Assembly (NCBI GenBank): GCA_947501605.1
Contig: CANMWZ010000010.1
Location: forward strand, 32,001-96,000
Source of the DNA: Planctomycetota bacterium
GTDB lineage: Bacteria > Planctomycetota > UBA1135 > UBA2386
Reading direction: 5' to 3'
DNA length: 64,000 bases
The notes under the pieces were generated by a model. The model did not search any database. It was not told the origin of the DNA and saw only the letters and a program-made list of their open reading frames with translations. A program made the translations under genes and the position numbers. Shown piece by piece: positions 38,239 through 47,999 of the stretch. Within the stretch, counting starts at the first letter, position 1. Each line of letters begins with the position of its first letter.

Positions 38239-39018
38239 ATGATGCACGGACCTGCCATGTTCCGATCCCGCAAGGCCAAAACCACCGCCGAGTCCCAGGC
38301 GCAGAACGATGACCTAGTGGTGATCGTCGATCGCGCCGTGAACCCGTACCTCGTGATGTTCCACGAGCCCGCGAGCTACCGTGCCGAGCAGATGCGGGCA
38401 CTCCGCAATCGCCTCGCGACGTTGAACGCCGACGCCGAGCCCAAGACATTGGTCGTGACCTCCGCCAGCCGCAGCGAGGGAAAGACCGTGACGGCGCTCA
38501 ATCTGGCGATGGCACTGTCTGAGCTCGAACGGCAACAGGTCGTTGTCGTCGATGCGGATCTTCGGCGACCCTCGATCGAGCGCTACCTCAACCTCAATCC
38601 GGGGCCGGGTCTCAGCGACGTGCTGCAAGGGGATGTTCCGCTGGAGAAGGCCCTGCGACCAGTTGGCTTCCGACGCTTGATGGTGCTCGGCGCCGGCACC
38701 CGCGTCAACAACCCGGCTGACGTCCTGAACGGGTCGCGGATCGACGAGCTCTTTGCGCGACTGAAGGAGCGCTTTCAGTACATCGTCATCGACACACCTC
38801 CAGTGCTGCCGTCGACCGATGCCGGCGTGTTGGCGGCCCGCGCCGACGGTACGTTGTTCGTGTTGCGACTCGAGCACACGCTGAAGGGCAGTGCACGCGA
38901 GGCGCTGCGTAGCCTGCAAGAACTCGGCGCCAATGTGCTCGGCACCTTTGTCAGCGAGTTGCGTGGTCGCGATCCAGAGAGTGATCCAGATCTGCGCTAC
39001 GACAGCGTGGAGGACTGA
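38239..39018 (+). CDS. Stand-alone CpsD/CapB (BY-kinase)-like P-loop ATPase lacking the C-terminal Tyr cluster
   Basis: EQMRALR (ExxRxxR), Walker A SASRSEGKT, A' DADLRRP and B IDTPP. There is only one Tyr near the C-terminus. Confidence 0.85.
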   Translation: MMHGPAMFRSRKAKTTAESQAQNDDLVVIVDRAVNPYLVMFHEPASYRAEQMRALRNRLATLNADAEPKTLVVTSASRSEGKTVTALNLAMALSELERQQVVVVDADLRRPSIERYLNLNPGPGLSDVLQGDVPLEKALRPVGFRRLMVLGAGTRVNNPADVLNGSRIDELFARLKERFQYIVIDTPPVLPSTDAGVLAARADGTLFVLRLEHTLKGSAREALRSLQELGANVLGTFVSELRGRDPESDPDLRYDSVED

Positions 39019-39024
39019 CCAGAA

Positions 39025-39819
39025 GTGGGCGGGTTCCGGGAGTCTCTGAAGCAGGCTGTGCGGCAAATCGCGTTTCGCACCGACCTGAACTCGCTGAAGA
39101 AGCAGGGTATCGAGCAGGTCAGCGTGCTCGGAATGGACCGCATCGTCGGACTCATCGAAGAGGCCGTGCACCGCAGCCTGAAGAGTCGGTTGGTCGGACT
39201 CGAACGCGAGGCCGTCGCGGATGCGACCAAGGCCGAGTTCTTGCGGTTGCTCCGCACGAACCAAGACTTGCAGCGGGAGAAGTCGGAGGTCGAGCGGCTC
39301 AAGGAGCGCGCCGAAGAGGAGATCGACCAGTTGCGTCGCCAGCTCGGTGCCGACAAGCAAGCATTGGAGCAGCGACTACAGAGCGACTCGCTGTCGTCAC
39401 AGGCTCGCTACGAGGGCGAGAACACTCGGCTGGTCGAACGGGTTCGCGAGCTGCTGTCGAGTGCAGGTCCGGGTGCAGGCGCCGCGCTGCAAGAGCAAGT
39501 GCTCGACCTGGTGTTCCAGACGGTCGACAAGGAACGTCGGTCCGCCGAGCACGCCCGCTCTGCGCTCCGCGATCGCGAGGTCGACAACCTGCAGCGCCGA
39601 ATCGAGAAGCTGACCAGCAGCCTCGAGACTACCGAGCATCGCCTGCGTCAGGTCGCGGCGATGAAGAACATCGACGACGGCATCTCATCGATTTACCGAG
39701 AAGTGCAGGGCCTCAACGACGGCTCCGAGCAGTTCGGGAAGAAGAAGGACCTGATGTCGGCGATCTTCGCGGCCAACTTGCGCCTGCAGAAGAAGACCGG
39801 CTCGACGAACGGAAACTGA
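39025..39819 (+). CDS. Coiled-coil protein of unknown function
   Basis: Heptad-rich E/R/Q/L helices (LQREKSEVERLKERAEEEIDQLRRQL; VDNLQRRIEKLTSSLETTEHRLRQV). It starts 6 nt after the previous gene. Confidence 0.8.
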   Translation: MGGFRESLKQAVRQIAFRTDLNSLKKQGIEQVSVLGMDRIVGLIEEAVHRSLKSRLVGLEREAVADATKAEFLRLLRTNQDLQREKSEVERLKERAEEEIDQLRRQLGADKQALEQRLQSDSLSSQARYEGENTRLVERVRELLSSAGPGAGAALQEQVLDLVFQTVDKERRSAEHARSALRDREVDNLQRRIEKLTSSLETTEHRLRQVAAMKNIDDGISSIYREVQGLNDGSEQFGKKKDLMSAIFAANLRLQKKTGSTNGN

Positions 39820-39835
39820 CGCATAACCAATCTCT

Positions 39836-40921
39836 ATGAGCCAAAACGACAAGCAAGGTACGGGTGCGCCCGACACTCCCAGCAAGAACCACGGCGTCCT
39901 CTACATCGGTATGGACCTCGGGACTTCGCGCACATCGGTCAGCGCGAGCAACGGCGTTCGTGAGACGGTCTACTCGGTCGTCGGCTACCCGAAGGACGTC
40001 GTGAGCAAGAAGCTGCTCAAGAAGGACGTCCTGTTCGGCAAGGAAGCGATCGAACGTCGACTGTCGCTGAAGGTCTACAAGCCGCTCGAGAAGGGCGTGC
40101 TGAAGTACAGCGGCGCTGGCGGCATGACGGATCAGGAGAAGGACAACCTGAAGGCCGCTCAGGACCTGATCGGAGAAGCGATCCGCCTAGCCCGCCCGCG
40201 CAAGGACGAGTTGGTCTACTGCGTCATTGGTGCCCCGGCCGAGGCCTCGATGAAAAACAAGGAGGCGATCATCGAAGCCGCGCGCGCCCATGTCGACTCG
40301 GTGATGCTCTGCAGTGAACCCTTCTCCGTCGCCTACGGCCTCGACTGGCTGGAAGACGTGTTGGTGATCGACATCGGGGCCGGCACGACCGACCTGTGCC
40401 GCATGCATGGCACGATGCCAGAGGACGCCGATCAGGTGATGTACGAGATTGCTGGTGACTCGGTCGATGCCGAGCTGTCGCGACTCATCCGCGAGACGTG
40501 CCCGGGAGCCCAGTTCAGTGACGTCATGGTCAAGGACATCAAAGAGCGTTACTCGTTCTTGGGCGAGACCGGGGAGCGCGTGGTCGTCGAATTGCCAGTC
40601 AACGGCAAGCCGACGCCATTTGACCTGACGGATCAGATCCGCAAGGCATGTTCGGTACTGATCGATCCGATCGTCGAAGGCATCAGCAAGCTCGTTGCGA
40701 CTTTCGATCCCGAGTTCCAGAGCCGGTTGAAGAACCGCGTCCTGCTAGCAGGCGGTGGTTCGATGATCAAGGGCTTGGACACCGCTATCGAGAAGGCGAT
40801 GCGCGAGCGCTTGGGCGGCGGCAAGGTCATCCGCATCGAGGAACCGATCTACGGTGGCTCCAATGGCGCGCTCAAGATCGCGCACGACATGCCTGAGGAG
40901 TTCTGGGAGAAGCTGAAGTAG
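39836..40921 (+). CDS. mamK: MamK-like bacterial actin
   Basis: Actin motifs IGMDLGTS, SEPF, DIGAGTTD and LAGGGS, plus MamK-type signatures SVVGYPKDV..KLL, YGLD, DQV, KERYSF, NGKP and the C-terminal GALKIA..P..FW. Confidence 0.88.
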   Translation: MSQNDKQGTGAPDTPSKNHGVLYIGMDLGTSRTSVSASNGVRETVYSVVGYPKDVVSKKLLKKDVLFGKEAIERRLSLKVYKPLEKGVLKYSGAGGMTDQEKDNLKAAQDLIGEAIRLARPRKDELVYCVIGAPAEASMKNKEAIIEAARAHVDSVMLCSEPFSVAYGLDWLEDVLVIDIGAGTTDLCRMHGTMPEDADQVMYEIAGDSVDAELSRLIRETCPGAQFSDVMVKDIKERYSFLGETGERVVVELPVNGKPTPFDLTDQIRKACSVLIDPIVEGISKLVATFDPEFQSRLKNRVLLAGGGSMIKGLDTAIEKAMRERLGGGKVIRIEEPIYGGSNGALKIAHDMPEEFWEKLK

Positions 40922-40949
40922 CTCGCTTCGTCCTAGCCTGCTACAGAAT

Positions 40950-40985
40950 GAAGGCGCGCGTGCCGGAGTCGCTCCGGGCGCCTTC
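40950..40985. terminator. Hairpin between the convergent mamK-like and HAD genes
   Basis: GAAGGCGC...CCGGAG-TCG-CTCCGG-GCGCCTTC, a bulged stem with a weak U-tract. Confidence 0.4.
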
Positions 40986-40987
40986 TG

Positions 40988-41710
40988 TCATTCGAGCGCG
41001 AACTCGCGGCGCAGGATCGCCTGCAGCTCGAAGAAGTCGCGGATCTCCCACTGAGCCGTCGTGCGACCGTCTTCGGTCGCGTGCTTGCCGCTGCGGCGGA
41101 TCCGCACCGTGTGCCAGCCCTCTTGGTTGCAGGGGTCGATGTCGTGCGTCGGGTTGTCGCCGACGTAGAGACACCGGCTCGGGTCGAGGCGCATGCGCTG
41201 GAGGATGCGGCGGTAGAGCTTGGGGTTCGCCTTGCTGAAGCCGATTTGATCGGTGAAGAAGACCGCCGACGGGGTCATGAACTCGACGAGTTGCAGGCGC
41301 ACGAGCTTTTCTGCCTGCTTGACGGTGATCCCGGCCGAGATGATGCCGCGGATCAACTGTGTGCCAGCCAGCCACTTGAGCACTTCGTAGACATCGTCGT
41401 GGACCTGCAGTTCGCGCCACTTGGTGTCGTGGTAGGCGACGACGCCGGCCGCAACGAGCACCGCCTTGTTCAGGCCCTGGCTGGCTTCTGCGGGAAGACG
41501 ATCGACGACCTTGTCGAAATGGTTGCCGTAGTTGCTGGTGAACTCGGCGAGGACCTCTTCCAATTCGCGGAGCGCCGTCGTTCGGTCGGTGCGCAGTCCG
41601 GCGCGGATCATCGAATCGACGGCCGCTCGGCGAGCCTTGTCGGCGAACACGGTTGTCGAGAACAACGTGTCGTCGATATCGAAGAAGATCGCGTCGAGGG
41701 GCTTGGTCAC
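40988..41710 (-). CDS. HAD-superfamily hydrolase (subfamily IA)
   Basis: Motif I FFDIDDTL, motif III K.NP and motif IV YVGDN..HDI. Confidence 0.92.
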   Translation of the reverse strand: MTKPLDAIFFDIDDTLFSTTVFADKARRAAVDSMIRAGLRTDRTTALRELEEVLAEFTSNYGNHFDKVVDRLPAEASQGLNKAVLVAAGVVAYHDTKWRELQVHDDVYEVLKWLAGTQLIRGIISAGITVKQAEKLVRLQLVEFMTPSAVFFTDQIGFSKANPKLYRRILQRMRLDPSRCLYVGDNPTHDIDPCNQEGWHTVRIRRSGKHATEDGRTTAQWEIRDFFELQAILRREFALE

Positions 41711-41793
41711 GGGCGCTCGCTAGGCCGGCGGCGACTGGAGGCGAACTCGCACCGAGGGCGGCGCTGCGGTCGTCCCGCAGCGCCAGGTCGAGA

Positions 41794-44355
41794 TCACTTG
41801 CCCTCGATATCGCGGATGTCCGTGATCCACGCGCGGACCATGACCATCAGACTGCGGTTCTCGTCGGCGACGCCTTCCTGCTTGAAGAAGAAGGACAGCA
41901 GCGGCAGCTGCGAGAGCAGCGGGATCTCCGCGCGGCGTTCGCGAGTGAGCACCTGACGCAGGCCACCGAGCAGGACCGTGCCGCCGTCCGGTACTCGCAC
42001 CGTGGTCGCAAAGCTGGTGACGCGCAAGTTCGGCAACTGCAGCGTCACTGGCAGCGTCGAGCCGGCGAGCGACGTGGTGAACGTCGGGATCGGGCGGCTC
42101 AGTTCGGCGATGGTCGGGTTGAGGTTAAGGATGATGTACTTACGGTCCTGCTGGATCACCGGTCGCACGTCCAGAACGATGCCGTCCTGGATCACGTCGA
42201 CCTTCGGGTCCGCGATGAACGAGGCCTGCGCGACCTCGACGTCGAAGTCACGGACATAGGCCGTCTGGTTGATCACCGCGACGTGGCCACGCTCCTTGTC
42301 GAGGACTGACAAGTATTGGCTATTGACGATCTCGACATCCTCCTGCTTCTCGACCGCGCGCAGGATCATCTGCAACTCCGTATCGCCCAGATAGGCCCAG
42401 CTTGCAGTGAATCCGCCATTGGGCGTCAGCGCTTGGCCAAGGCCTGAGGTGAACAGGTTCTCGGTCCGGCCGCGAACGTCGCCGTCGTTGCCGTCGTTGA
42501 AGAACGCACCTGAGGTCGGGTTGGCTGCCGGGTCGCCGGTGCCGCCGTTGTCGGTGCCACGCGACGCGTTGTCGTCGAGGCCATTGGTGACGTCATCAAG
42601 GGTCGCATTGGTCCCCTTGCTGCCGGCTCCGCCGAGGCCCCGGAAATCGACGCCGATCTCCTGCAGGAAGTTGCGCGTGATCGTCAGGAACTTGCTGTCA
42701 ATCGTGACCACCGGCGTCGCCGAGCGGCGCATATCGGCGAGCACGCCCGCAACGAGCTTCTGGATCGTCGGGCTAGCCTTGACGATCAAGTAGCCGGTGT
42801 CTTCGGGCGTGATTCCCACACCCTCGCTGCCCCAGTAGGCGGGATCGGTAGCGTCTTGAACGTTGGTGACGAGGTCGGCGATCTCGATGTAGGAGACCTT
42901 GTCGTCCCCTTCACCACCAGCGCGCGGCGAGTCATCCGTATCGCCGCTACCCGGGATGTCACGGATGCGAGGCGCGAGGAACTCGGTGCGCTTGAAGACG
43001 AGGTCCTTGACGTCGTAGACCTCGCTCTGAATCTGGCCAGACGCGTCGGACTTGTTGCCGATGACAACAACTCCATTCCGGACCGTCCAAGCAAGGTTCG
43101 TCGACTTCTGAACCATCAGGTTCAAGAAGTTCTCGAGCGTGACCGAGTTCACCAGCTCGATCTCCATCTTCAGGCTCTCGCCGTTGATCACCTCGCGGCC
43201 GGCCGGAGTAATGATGATCGAGACGTTGGTGACCAACTGGAGGTTCTTGACGACCTCGGTGAACTCGCCCGTCTCGGCCGTGTAGGTCAGCTTGCCGACT
43301 GGCGCGATGCGGACTTGCTCCCAGAGAGCGGCGTCCTGCGGATCGATGCTCTGCTGTGAGCCGACGGTCCCGGCGCGGCGCTGAGCCCGCTCCCAGGTGT
43401 CGTTATCCATCGACAGCACCTTGGTGTAGGGGATCTTGAGCTCCTCGCGGCTCTCGAGCAAGGAGCGGATTTCCTTCGCCTTCTGCGAATAGTAATCCTC
43501 GTTCATCTGGTCGCGCGCGGCCTTGGTGGTGACGTGCACCATCTCTTGGGCGACGGCGCTGGTCGGATCCGCCTCGAGGGCCTTGAGTGCATACTCCTGC
43601 GCGTTGCGGAACTGGCGGCTCTCGAAGGCCACCTGAGCCTGCTGCAGGAAGAGATCGAGCCGAGCGCGGCGGCGCGCTTCCGTCTGGCGGCGCTCCTCAG
43701 CGAGGCGCTGGGCCAATTGGTCGTTGTATTGGCTCTGCGTGGCCCGCTTCTGCTCGGTCAGCTTTTGCTCCGCGTCACTGAGCAGGCCATCGACTTGCTG
43801 CGGCAGAGCTTGCCAGTCCACCTGGTCGCGAGTGCGAACGATGACCTGCGCGTGACTCAGTTCGTCGACGGCACCAGCGAAGTTCTGCTCCGCCAGCATT
43901 TCGCGAGCACGCTGCAGCTTCTCGGTCACGAGCGCGCGCGAGCGGTCTTCGGCGATGCGCTGCTGTTCTAGTTGCTCGGTGTGGAAATCGATGGCGCCCC
44001 CGATCGGCACGCCGCGTTCGGCTTGCACCGCCGCGATCATGTTGCGGACGGCCTCGTTCTCAGGCTGGAGGTCCTTCGCCTTCAGCAACTCATGCAGCGC
44101 TGCATCGAGTTTGCCATCGAGGCGGAGACGTTCGCTGACTTCCAGGTACTTGGCGACGAGAGCGGCGCGGCGCTCTTGATCGAGCGTGCGCGCACCTCCT
44201 TGCGGGTCCTGCGCAGCGGCGTTGGCTTCGCCCTGGTTCGGATTCGTCGGGTCCATGCCCGGTTCGGTGGTGGTATCGCTGGATGTCGAGCACGAAACAC
44301 CAGCAAGGGCGGCGGTCAGAGATGCGGCGAGAAGGCGCGGATGTTCGAGGGCCAT
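41794..44355 (-). CDS. Lipoprotein secretin (type II/III secretion secretin family), paralog B
   Basis: Lipobox AGVS-C, helical TPR-like N-terminus and N-domains (VYDVKDL). The secretin domain has IDSKFL...GVDF, GIVLDVRPV, LQLP..., TTVRVPDGGTVLLGG and IPLLSQLPLLSFFF. Confidence 0.88.
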   Translation of the reverse strand: MALEHPRLLAASLTAALAGVSCSTSSDTTTEPGMDPTNPNQGEANAAAQDPQGGARTLDQERRAALVAKYLEVSERLRLDGKLDAALHELLKAKDLQPENEAVRNMIAAVQAERGVPIGGAIDFHTEQLEQQRIAEDRSRALVTEKLQRAREMLAEQNFAGAVDELSHAQVIVRTRDQVDWQALPQQVDGLLSDAEQKLTEQKRATQSQYNDQLAQRLAEERRQTEARRRARLDLFLQQAQVAFESRQFRNAQEYALKALEADPTSAVAQEMVHVTTKAARDQMNEDYYSQKAKEIRSLLESREELKIPYTKVLSMDNDTWERAQRRAGTVGSQQSIDPQDAALWEQVRIAPVGKLTYTAETGEFTEVVKNLQLVTNVSIIITPAGREVINGESLKMEIELVNSVTLENFLNLMVQKSTNLAWTVRNGVVVIGNKSDASGQIQSEVYDVKDLVFKRTEFLAPRIRDIPGSGDTDDSPRAGGEGDDKVSYIEIADLVTNVQDATDPAYWGSEGVGITPEDTGYLIVKASPTIQKLVAGVLADMRRSATPVVTIDSKFLTITRNFLQEIGVDFRGLGGAGSKGTNATLDDVTNGLDDNASRGTDNGGTGDPAANPTSGAFFNDGNDGDVRGRTENLFTSGLGQALTPNGGFTASWAYLGDTELQMILRAVEKQEDVEIVNSQYLSVLDKERGHVAVINQTAYVRDFDVEVAQASFIADPKVDVIQDGIVLDVRPVIQQDRKYIILNLNPTIAELSRPIPTFTTSLAGSTLPVTLQLPNLRVTSFATTVRVPDGGTVLLGGLRQVLTRERRAEIPLLSQLPLLSFFFKQEGVADENRSLMVMVRAWITDIRDIEGK

Positions 44356-44735
44356 CGGTTCACGCTCTGGAACTTGTGGGGTGCGAGCACCCACAAGGGT
44401 TTGGGACGATTCTCCGAACCGACGATTCGCGAGCGAGCGTGCGCGAGGGGTTGCTACGCGGCGGTCGTGATGCGGCGGGGGAGGGGCTTAGGGACAACAA
44501 CGTCGCGACTGCTGCAGCAGAACGCCACGTCGAAGTCGGCGAAAGCTAGCCACGCCTGCGGGCTCGTGCCAGCGGATTCTGCGTCCATCCTGCTGGGATC
44601 TTCTTCGATTTGCGCGGGGCCGAGCACTGCGGGAGGCGATCGACGCCCGCCGGTGCGGCGGGCGCGGCGCCCACCGTTCTGTGCTTAGGCCTTGGTGCTC
44701 TCGCGAAGATCGAGATCGAGCACTCGTGAAACAGC

Positions 44736-44770
44736 GCGACCCTGCTGCGGGGTTGCCGCAGCAGGGTCGC
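44736..44770 (-). terminator. Perfect 15-bp inverted repeat after exbD
   Basis: GCGACCCTGCTGCGG/CCGCAGCAGGGTCGC with a 5-nt loop, 40 nt after the exbD stop, followed on the - strand by GCTGTTTC. Confidence 0.6.
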
Positions 44771-44811
44771 AGGTGGACTCGCCCAGCGAGTCCTTGGGCA
44801 CGCTCGCCGGA

Positions 44812-45378
44812 CTACTTCTTTCCTGGAGCCTGGCCGAGGCCGCCGCCGAAGTTGATCTCGCCGAATCCAGCGGCCTTCACCAAGTCCGCGGTCTTCGCCG
44901 CATCATCATAGTACGTGCCCGGGTGTGGTTCGATGACCACCGGCATCGGCTTCTTCTGGCCGGGCTTCTCTTTGTCATCCTGCCAAGTGTCGCGGTTGTT
45001 GTAGATCCGCTTCAATTGGTTCAGCAGGTCGTCGCTGTTCGTCACCAACGTTGGGCCCACCATCCATTTGATGGTGTGACCCTGAAGGGCGAAGCGGTAG
45101 GGACGCTGGGTCTGGCTGTTGACCAAACCAGGGCCGCCGCCATTGGGAAACCGCTGGGTGCCCCTGGAGTCCTCGTAGACGCCGAGCGATAGCTGTTCCT
45201 GTGGCTCCACCTTGGTTGCTTGGCTGCCCTTGTCCTTGGGCAGGTAGGCTGGCAGCTTGGCCTCGAGCACTTTGAATTCGATGCAGATGAAGAAGATGAT
45301 CATCAGGAAGACGCAGTCGATCATGGGCGTCATGTCCGGCTTGACTTCTTCCTGGGCTGCTGCGAGTAGATCGCTCAT
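44812..45378 (-). CDS. exbD: ExbD/TolR family protein
   Basis: TM segment DMTPMIDCVFLMIIFF with the essential Asp. The periplasmic domain ends in VVI.P...YDD......VKAAG...INF. Confidence 0.88.
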   Translation of the reverse strand: MSDLLAAAQEEVKPDMTPMIDCVFLMIIFFICIEFKVLEAKLPAYLPKDKGSQATKVEPQEQLSLGVYEDSRGTQRFPNGGGPGLVNSQTQRPYRFALQGHTIKWMVGPTLVTNSDDLLNQLKRIYNNRDTWQDDKEKPGQKKPMPVVIEPHPGTYYDDAAKTADLVKAAGFGEINFGGGLGQAPGKK

Positions 45379-45399
45379 CGTCGGTTCCTTGCTGGTTGT

Positions 45400-45921
45400 C
45401 TAGTTCTTGCCCTTGAGCAGCGCCTCTTCCTTGTCCTTTTCGGACATGGCGAGCTCGACCTTCCAGAAGGCAGCTTCGGGCTGGCTGCACTGCTTCATCA
45501 CTTCGCCGACGAAGTGCCACTCGGTCCACTTGTCAGCGCGCAGGAGGATCGGATCGTCGACCAGTTCTACGTCGCGTCCGCCGAGATTCTCAGTCTTCGT
45601 CTTCACGTTGCCGGTCTGCTTGATCAGCTTCAGCATTCGTAGGATGCCGGAGTAATCGCTGCCGTGGACCGCAGGGTCGTACTGCATCTTCCCCTTGTAG
45701 TAGACCGCGCCCGTTTGCAGCAGGTTGATGACGGGTCGGTTCTCGGGCGGCGAGTCATCGGCTTGCTGATACTGTGCCTTGGGGAGAATCAGGTCTTCGA
45801 GGTTGGTCTGACTCAGGTCGATGATCAGCACGAAGAAAATCATCAGCAGGAACACGCAGTCGATCATCGGAGTCATGTCCATCTCCTGCGTCTGCTGCGC
45901 TTCTTTCTTGAGGTCGGTCAT
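45400..45921 (-). CDS. exbD: ExbD/TolR family protein
   Basis: DMTPMIDCVFLLMIFF, LPKA and ILLRADK.....V.EVM. Confidence 0.9.
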   Translation of the reverse strand: MTDLKKEAQQTQEMDMTPMIDCVFLLMIFFVLIIDLSQTNLEDLILPKAQYQQADDSPPENRPVINLLQTGAVYYKGKMQYDPAVHGSDYSGILRMLKLIKQTGNVKTKTENLGGRDVELVDDPILLRADKWTEWHFVGEVMKQCSQPEAAFWKVELAMSEKDKEEALLKGKN

Positions 45922-45983
45922 TGCTCAGCTCCTTGCCCGCGAGACGGGACTAGGTCGAACGTGCACGGGGACAAGTGGTTCGA

Positions 45984-46712
45984 TCACTGCCCCTTGCGGA
46001 AGCGCTCGAACATGTCCTCGGCGATGGCATTGACCTCGGTGCAGATGCGGACGACGCGGTTTCGGAGGACGAAGAAGCACACGCCGACTGGCATCGCGAC
46101 CGTAAGGCCGAAGATCGTCGTGATGAGTGCCATCTTGATGCCCTTGGCCAAGATCGCAGGGCTCACGGATCCACCGGCAGAGGCGATCGTTCCGAAGGTC
46201 ACGAACATGCCCGTCACGGTGCCGAACAATCCCATCATCGGTGCCGTCGCGGACATGAGCGACAGCCAGCCGACCTTTTGGAACAGCTTGGTGGATTCTT
46301 CCGCCTCCATCTCGCGGACGGTGGCCTGAATCGTCTCGAACGGGTGGCCAAGCTTGCTGAGGCCCGCGCCGACACACCGCGTCAGGTAGAACTTTTCGTT
46401 CTCACAGAGCTCGGTCGCTTCCTGAAAGTTCTCTTCGTCGAACAGCGCGCCCAGCTCGTCAATCAGGTCGGGCGGCGCAAGCTTCTCGCGCTTCAGGGAG
46501 ACGAAGTTCTCGATGATTAGCGCCAGGGAGATGACCGACATGGCGACGATGATGTAGCCGATGAGGCCAGCGTTTTCGTACGCGAACATGTCCGCGAGCG
46601 CGCCGGTTTGCTCGGCGGCGGCGGGCTTCGCATCCTGCGCGGAAGCGAGGCTGGTCACGAACAACGGCGTGGCAAGGGCGAGGAATCGAGCGATGCTAGA
46701 TGGGAGGTTCAT
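45984..46712 (-). CDS. exbB: ExbB/TolQ/MotA proton-channel protein with a cleavable signal peptide
   Basis: APMMGLFGTVTGM and GIKMALITTIFGL.VAMP. Start MNLPSS at 46712, signal peptide LASA-Q. Confidence 0.92.
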   Translation of the reverse strand: MNLPSSIARFLALATPLFVTSLASAQDAKPAAAEQTGALADMFAYENAGLIGYIIVAMSVISLALIIENFVSLKREKLAPPDLIDELGALFDEENFQEATELCENEKFYLTRCVGAGLSKLGHPFETIQATVREMEAEESTKLFQKVGWLSLMSATAPMMGLFGTVTGMFVTFGTIASAGGSVSPAILAKGIKMALITTIFGLTVAMPVGVCFFVLRNRVVRICTEVNAIAEDMFERFRKGQ

Positions 46713-46866
46713 GGAGCAGCGACTCCGTGTGCAGGAGTAGGGCAGGTAGCAGGGAGAGGGGGTTAGATCGAGCCGCAGAGTTTGCGCGGTCGCGCGACCG
46801 CGGAAAAGACCCTGAGACAGATGGAAACGAAAAAGGGGTGGGCACGCGGCATGCGGGCCGTCGATG

Positions 46867-47982
46867 TCACTTGGCGAGCTCGGTCTTCGCCGGACCAACC
46901 CAACGGCTGGTGGAGTAGCTACGAATCACGAGGTTGAAGTAGGCGGTTGCGCGATTCTTCCAGTCCTGGCTGGCGCGTTCGCCCAGCGCTGTAACCACGC
47001 GACCGAGGTAGTAGTTGGCTTTCGCAGCCGTGTCGCCGGCGCCGGTGTCGAGCACGCAGGCTTCGGCGAGCGCGATTTCGGCCGTGCGCAGCCCAGCGGC
47101 GTCGTTGGCGCCCACTGCAACGAGGAACGTGGCTTCACCGAGGCCGGCCTTGCCGGCGGCGGCGAGCGATGCGTCCGTGTTCTGGGCTAGGGTCCGGAAG
47201 TAATCCGAGGCGCGGACATAGTCCTTCTCGAAGACAAGCGATTCGCCTTCGCCGACCTTCGAGTTGACCTTGATCGCGACCATTTCCGCGCTTTGGCCAC
47301 CAGCGGCGGCGAGAGCGGTGTCCGCAGTGCCGCCGGCGCTCTGGAAGGAACTGCGGGCGTCGGCTGCTCGGCCTTGTTCGAGCAGACTCAGGGCCAATTC
47401 GTACTTCGCGCGCGCATTCCAGATCGCTCCCCAGCCATCGCTACCAGCGCGATTGTCGAGGTCCTTCAGTGTCGCTTCGGCGTCCGCATGCACTTGGCCG
47501 AGTCGCAGTGCACGGCCGAGTAGATACATCCCTTCGGGGACGCGCCAGTGGTCGGGGAACTCGCTGAGCCACGCCCGCATGGCACCCGACGCGTTCGCCG
47601 CGGCGGCGGGATCGCCGGCGGCTGCCATGACCGCGGCCCGGCCTTGCAGCAGGCGGGCTTCGGCCTTGACCACGGGACGGTCGCTGGCAGTTGCCGCCTC
47701 GCCGAATTGCTGTCTGGCCAATTCGTACTCGTTGCGAGCCATGGCGGCGAGGCCGCTCGTGAAGCTCTCAGGGACTCCGCCCCACTGGATGTCGACAATC
47801 TGGTGCGGGGGGATCTCGACTTCCTCTTTGCTGCGCGTCACCTTGACCGAGGTCAGCGTGAAGACTGTCACCGTCACGCCGCGAAGGCTCGAGCCGTCGA
47901 CCTTGACAATGGTGTCTGACGATTCCTGCGCCGGCAACCAGGCTGTGCACAGCGACAGACAGAGAACGAACAAGGAGCGCAT
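46867..47982 (-). CDS. Secreted TPR protein
   Basis: Signal peptide (WLPA-Q), a small N-terminal beta domain (DTIVKVDG) and TPR repeats (FPDHWRVPEGMYLLG; YSTSRWVGPAK). Alternative GTG start at 48003. Confidence 0.8.
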   Translation of the reverse strand: MRSLFVLCLSLCTAWLPAQESSDTIVKVDGSSLRGVTVTVFTLTSVKVTRSKEEVEIPPHQIVDIQWGGVPESFTSGLAAMARNEYELARQQFGEAATASDRPVVKAEARLLQGRAAVMAAAGDPAAAANASGAMRAWLSEFPDHWRVPEGMYLLGRALRLGQVHADAEATLKDLDNRAGSDGWGAIWNARAKYELALSLLEQGRAADARSSFQSAGGTADTALAAAGGQSAEMVAIKVNSKVGEGESLVFEKDYVRASDYFRTLAQNTDASLAAAGKAGLGEATFLVAVGANDAAGLRTAEIALAEACVLDTGAGDTAAKANYYLGRVVTALGERASQDWKNRATAYFNLVIRSYSTSRWVGPAKTELAK

Positions 47983-47999
47983 GGCGGGTGTGCGGGCGT

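Noticed and set aside
38239..39018. Capsule/EPS biosynthesis locus
   Set aside because: No wza, wzb, wzz, flippase, polymerase or glycosyltransferase genes are adjacent.
39836..40921. Magnetosome gene island
   Set aside because: Only the MamK-like actin is present. No CDF transporters (MamB/M), HtrA proteases, magnetochrome CxxCH proteins or feo genes occur in the window.
46841..46854. Sigma54-like GG-N10-GC element (GGCACGCGGCATGC)
   Set aside because: It points opposite to the surrounding minus-strand genes and is likely chance in GC-rich DNA.
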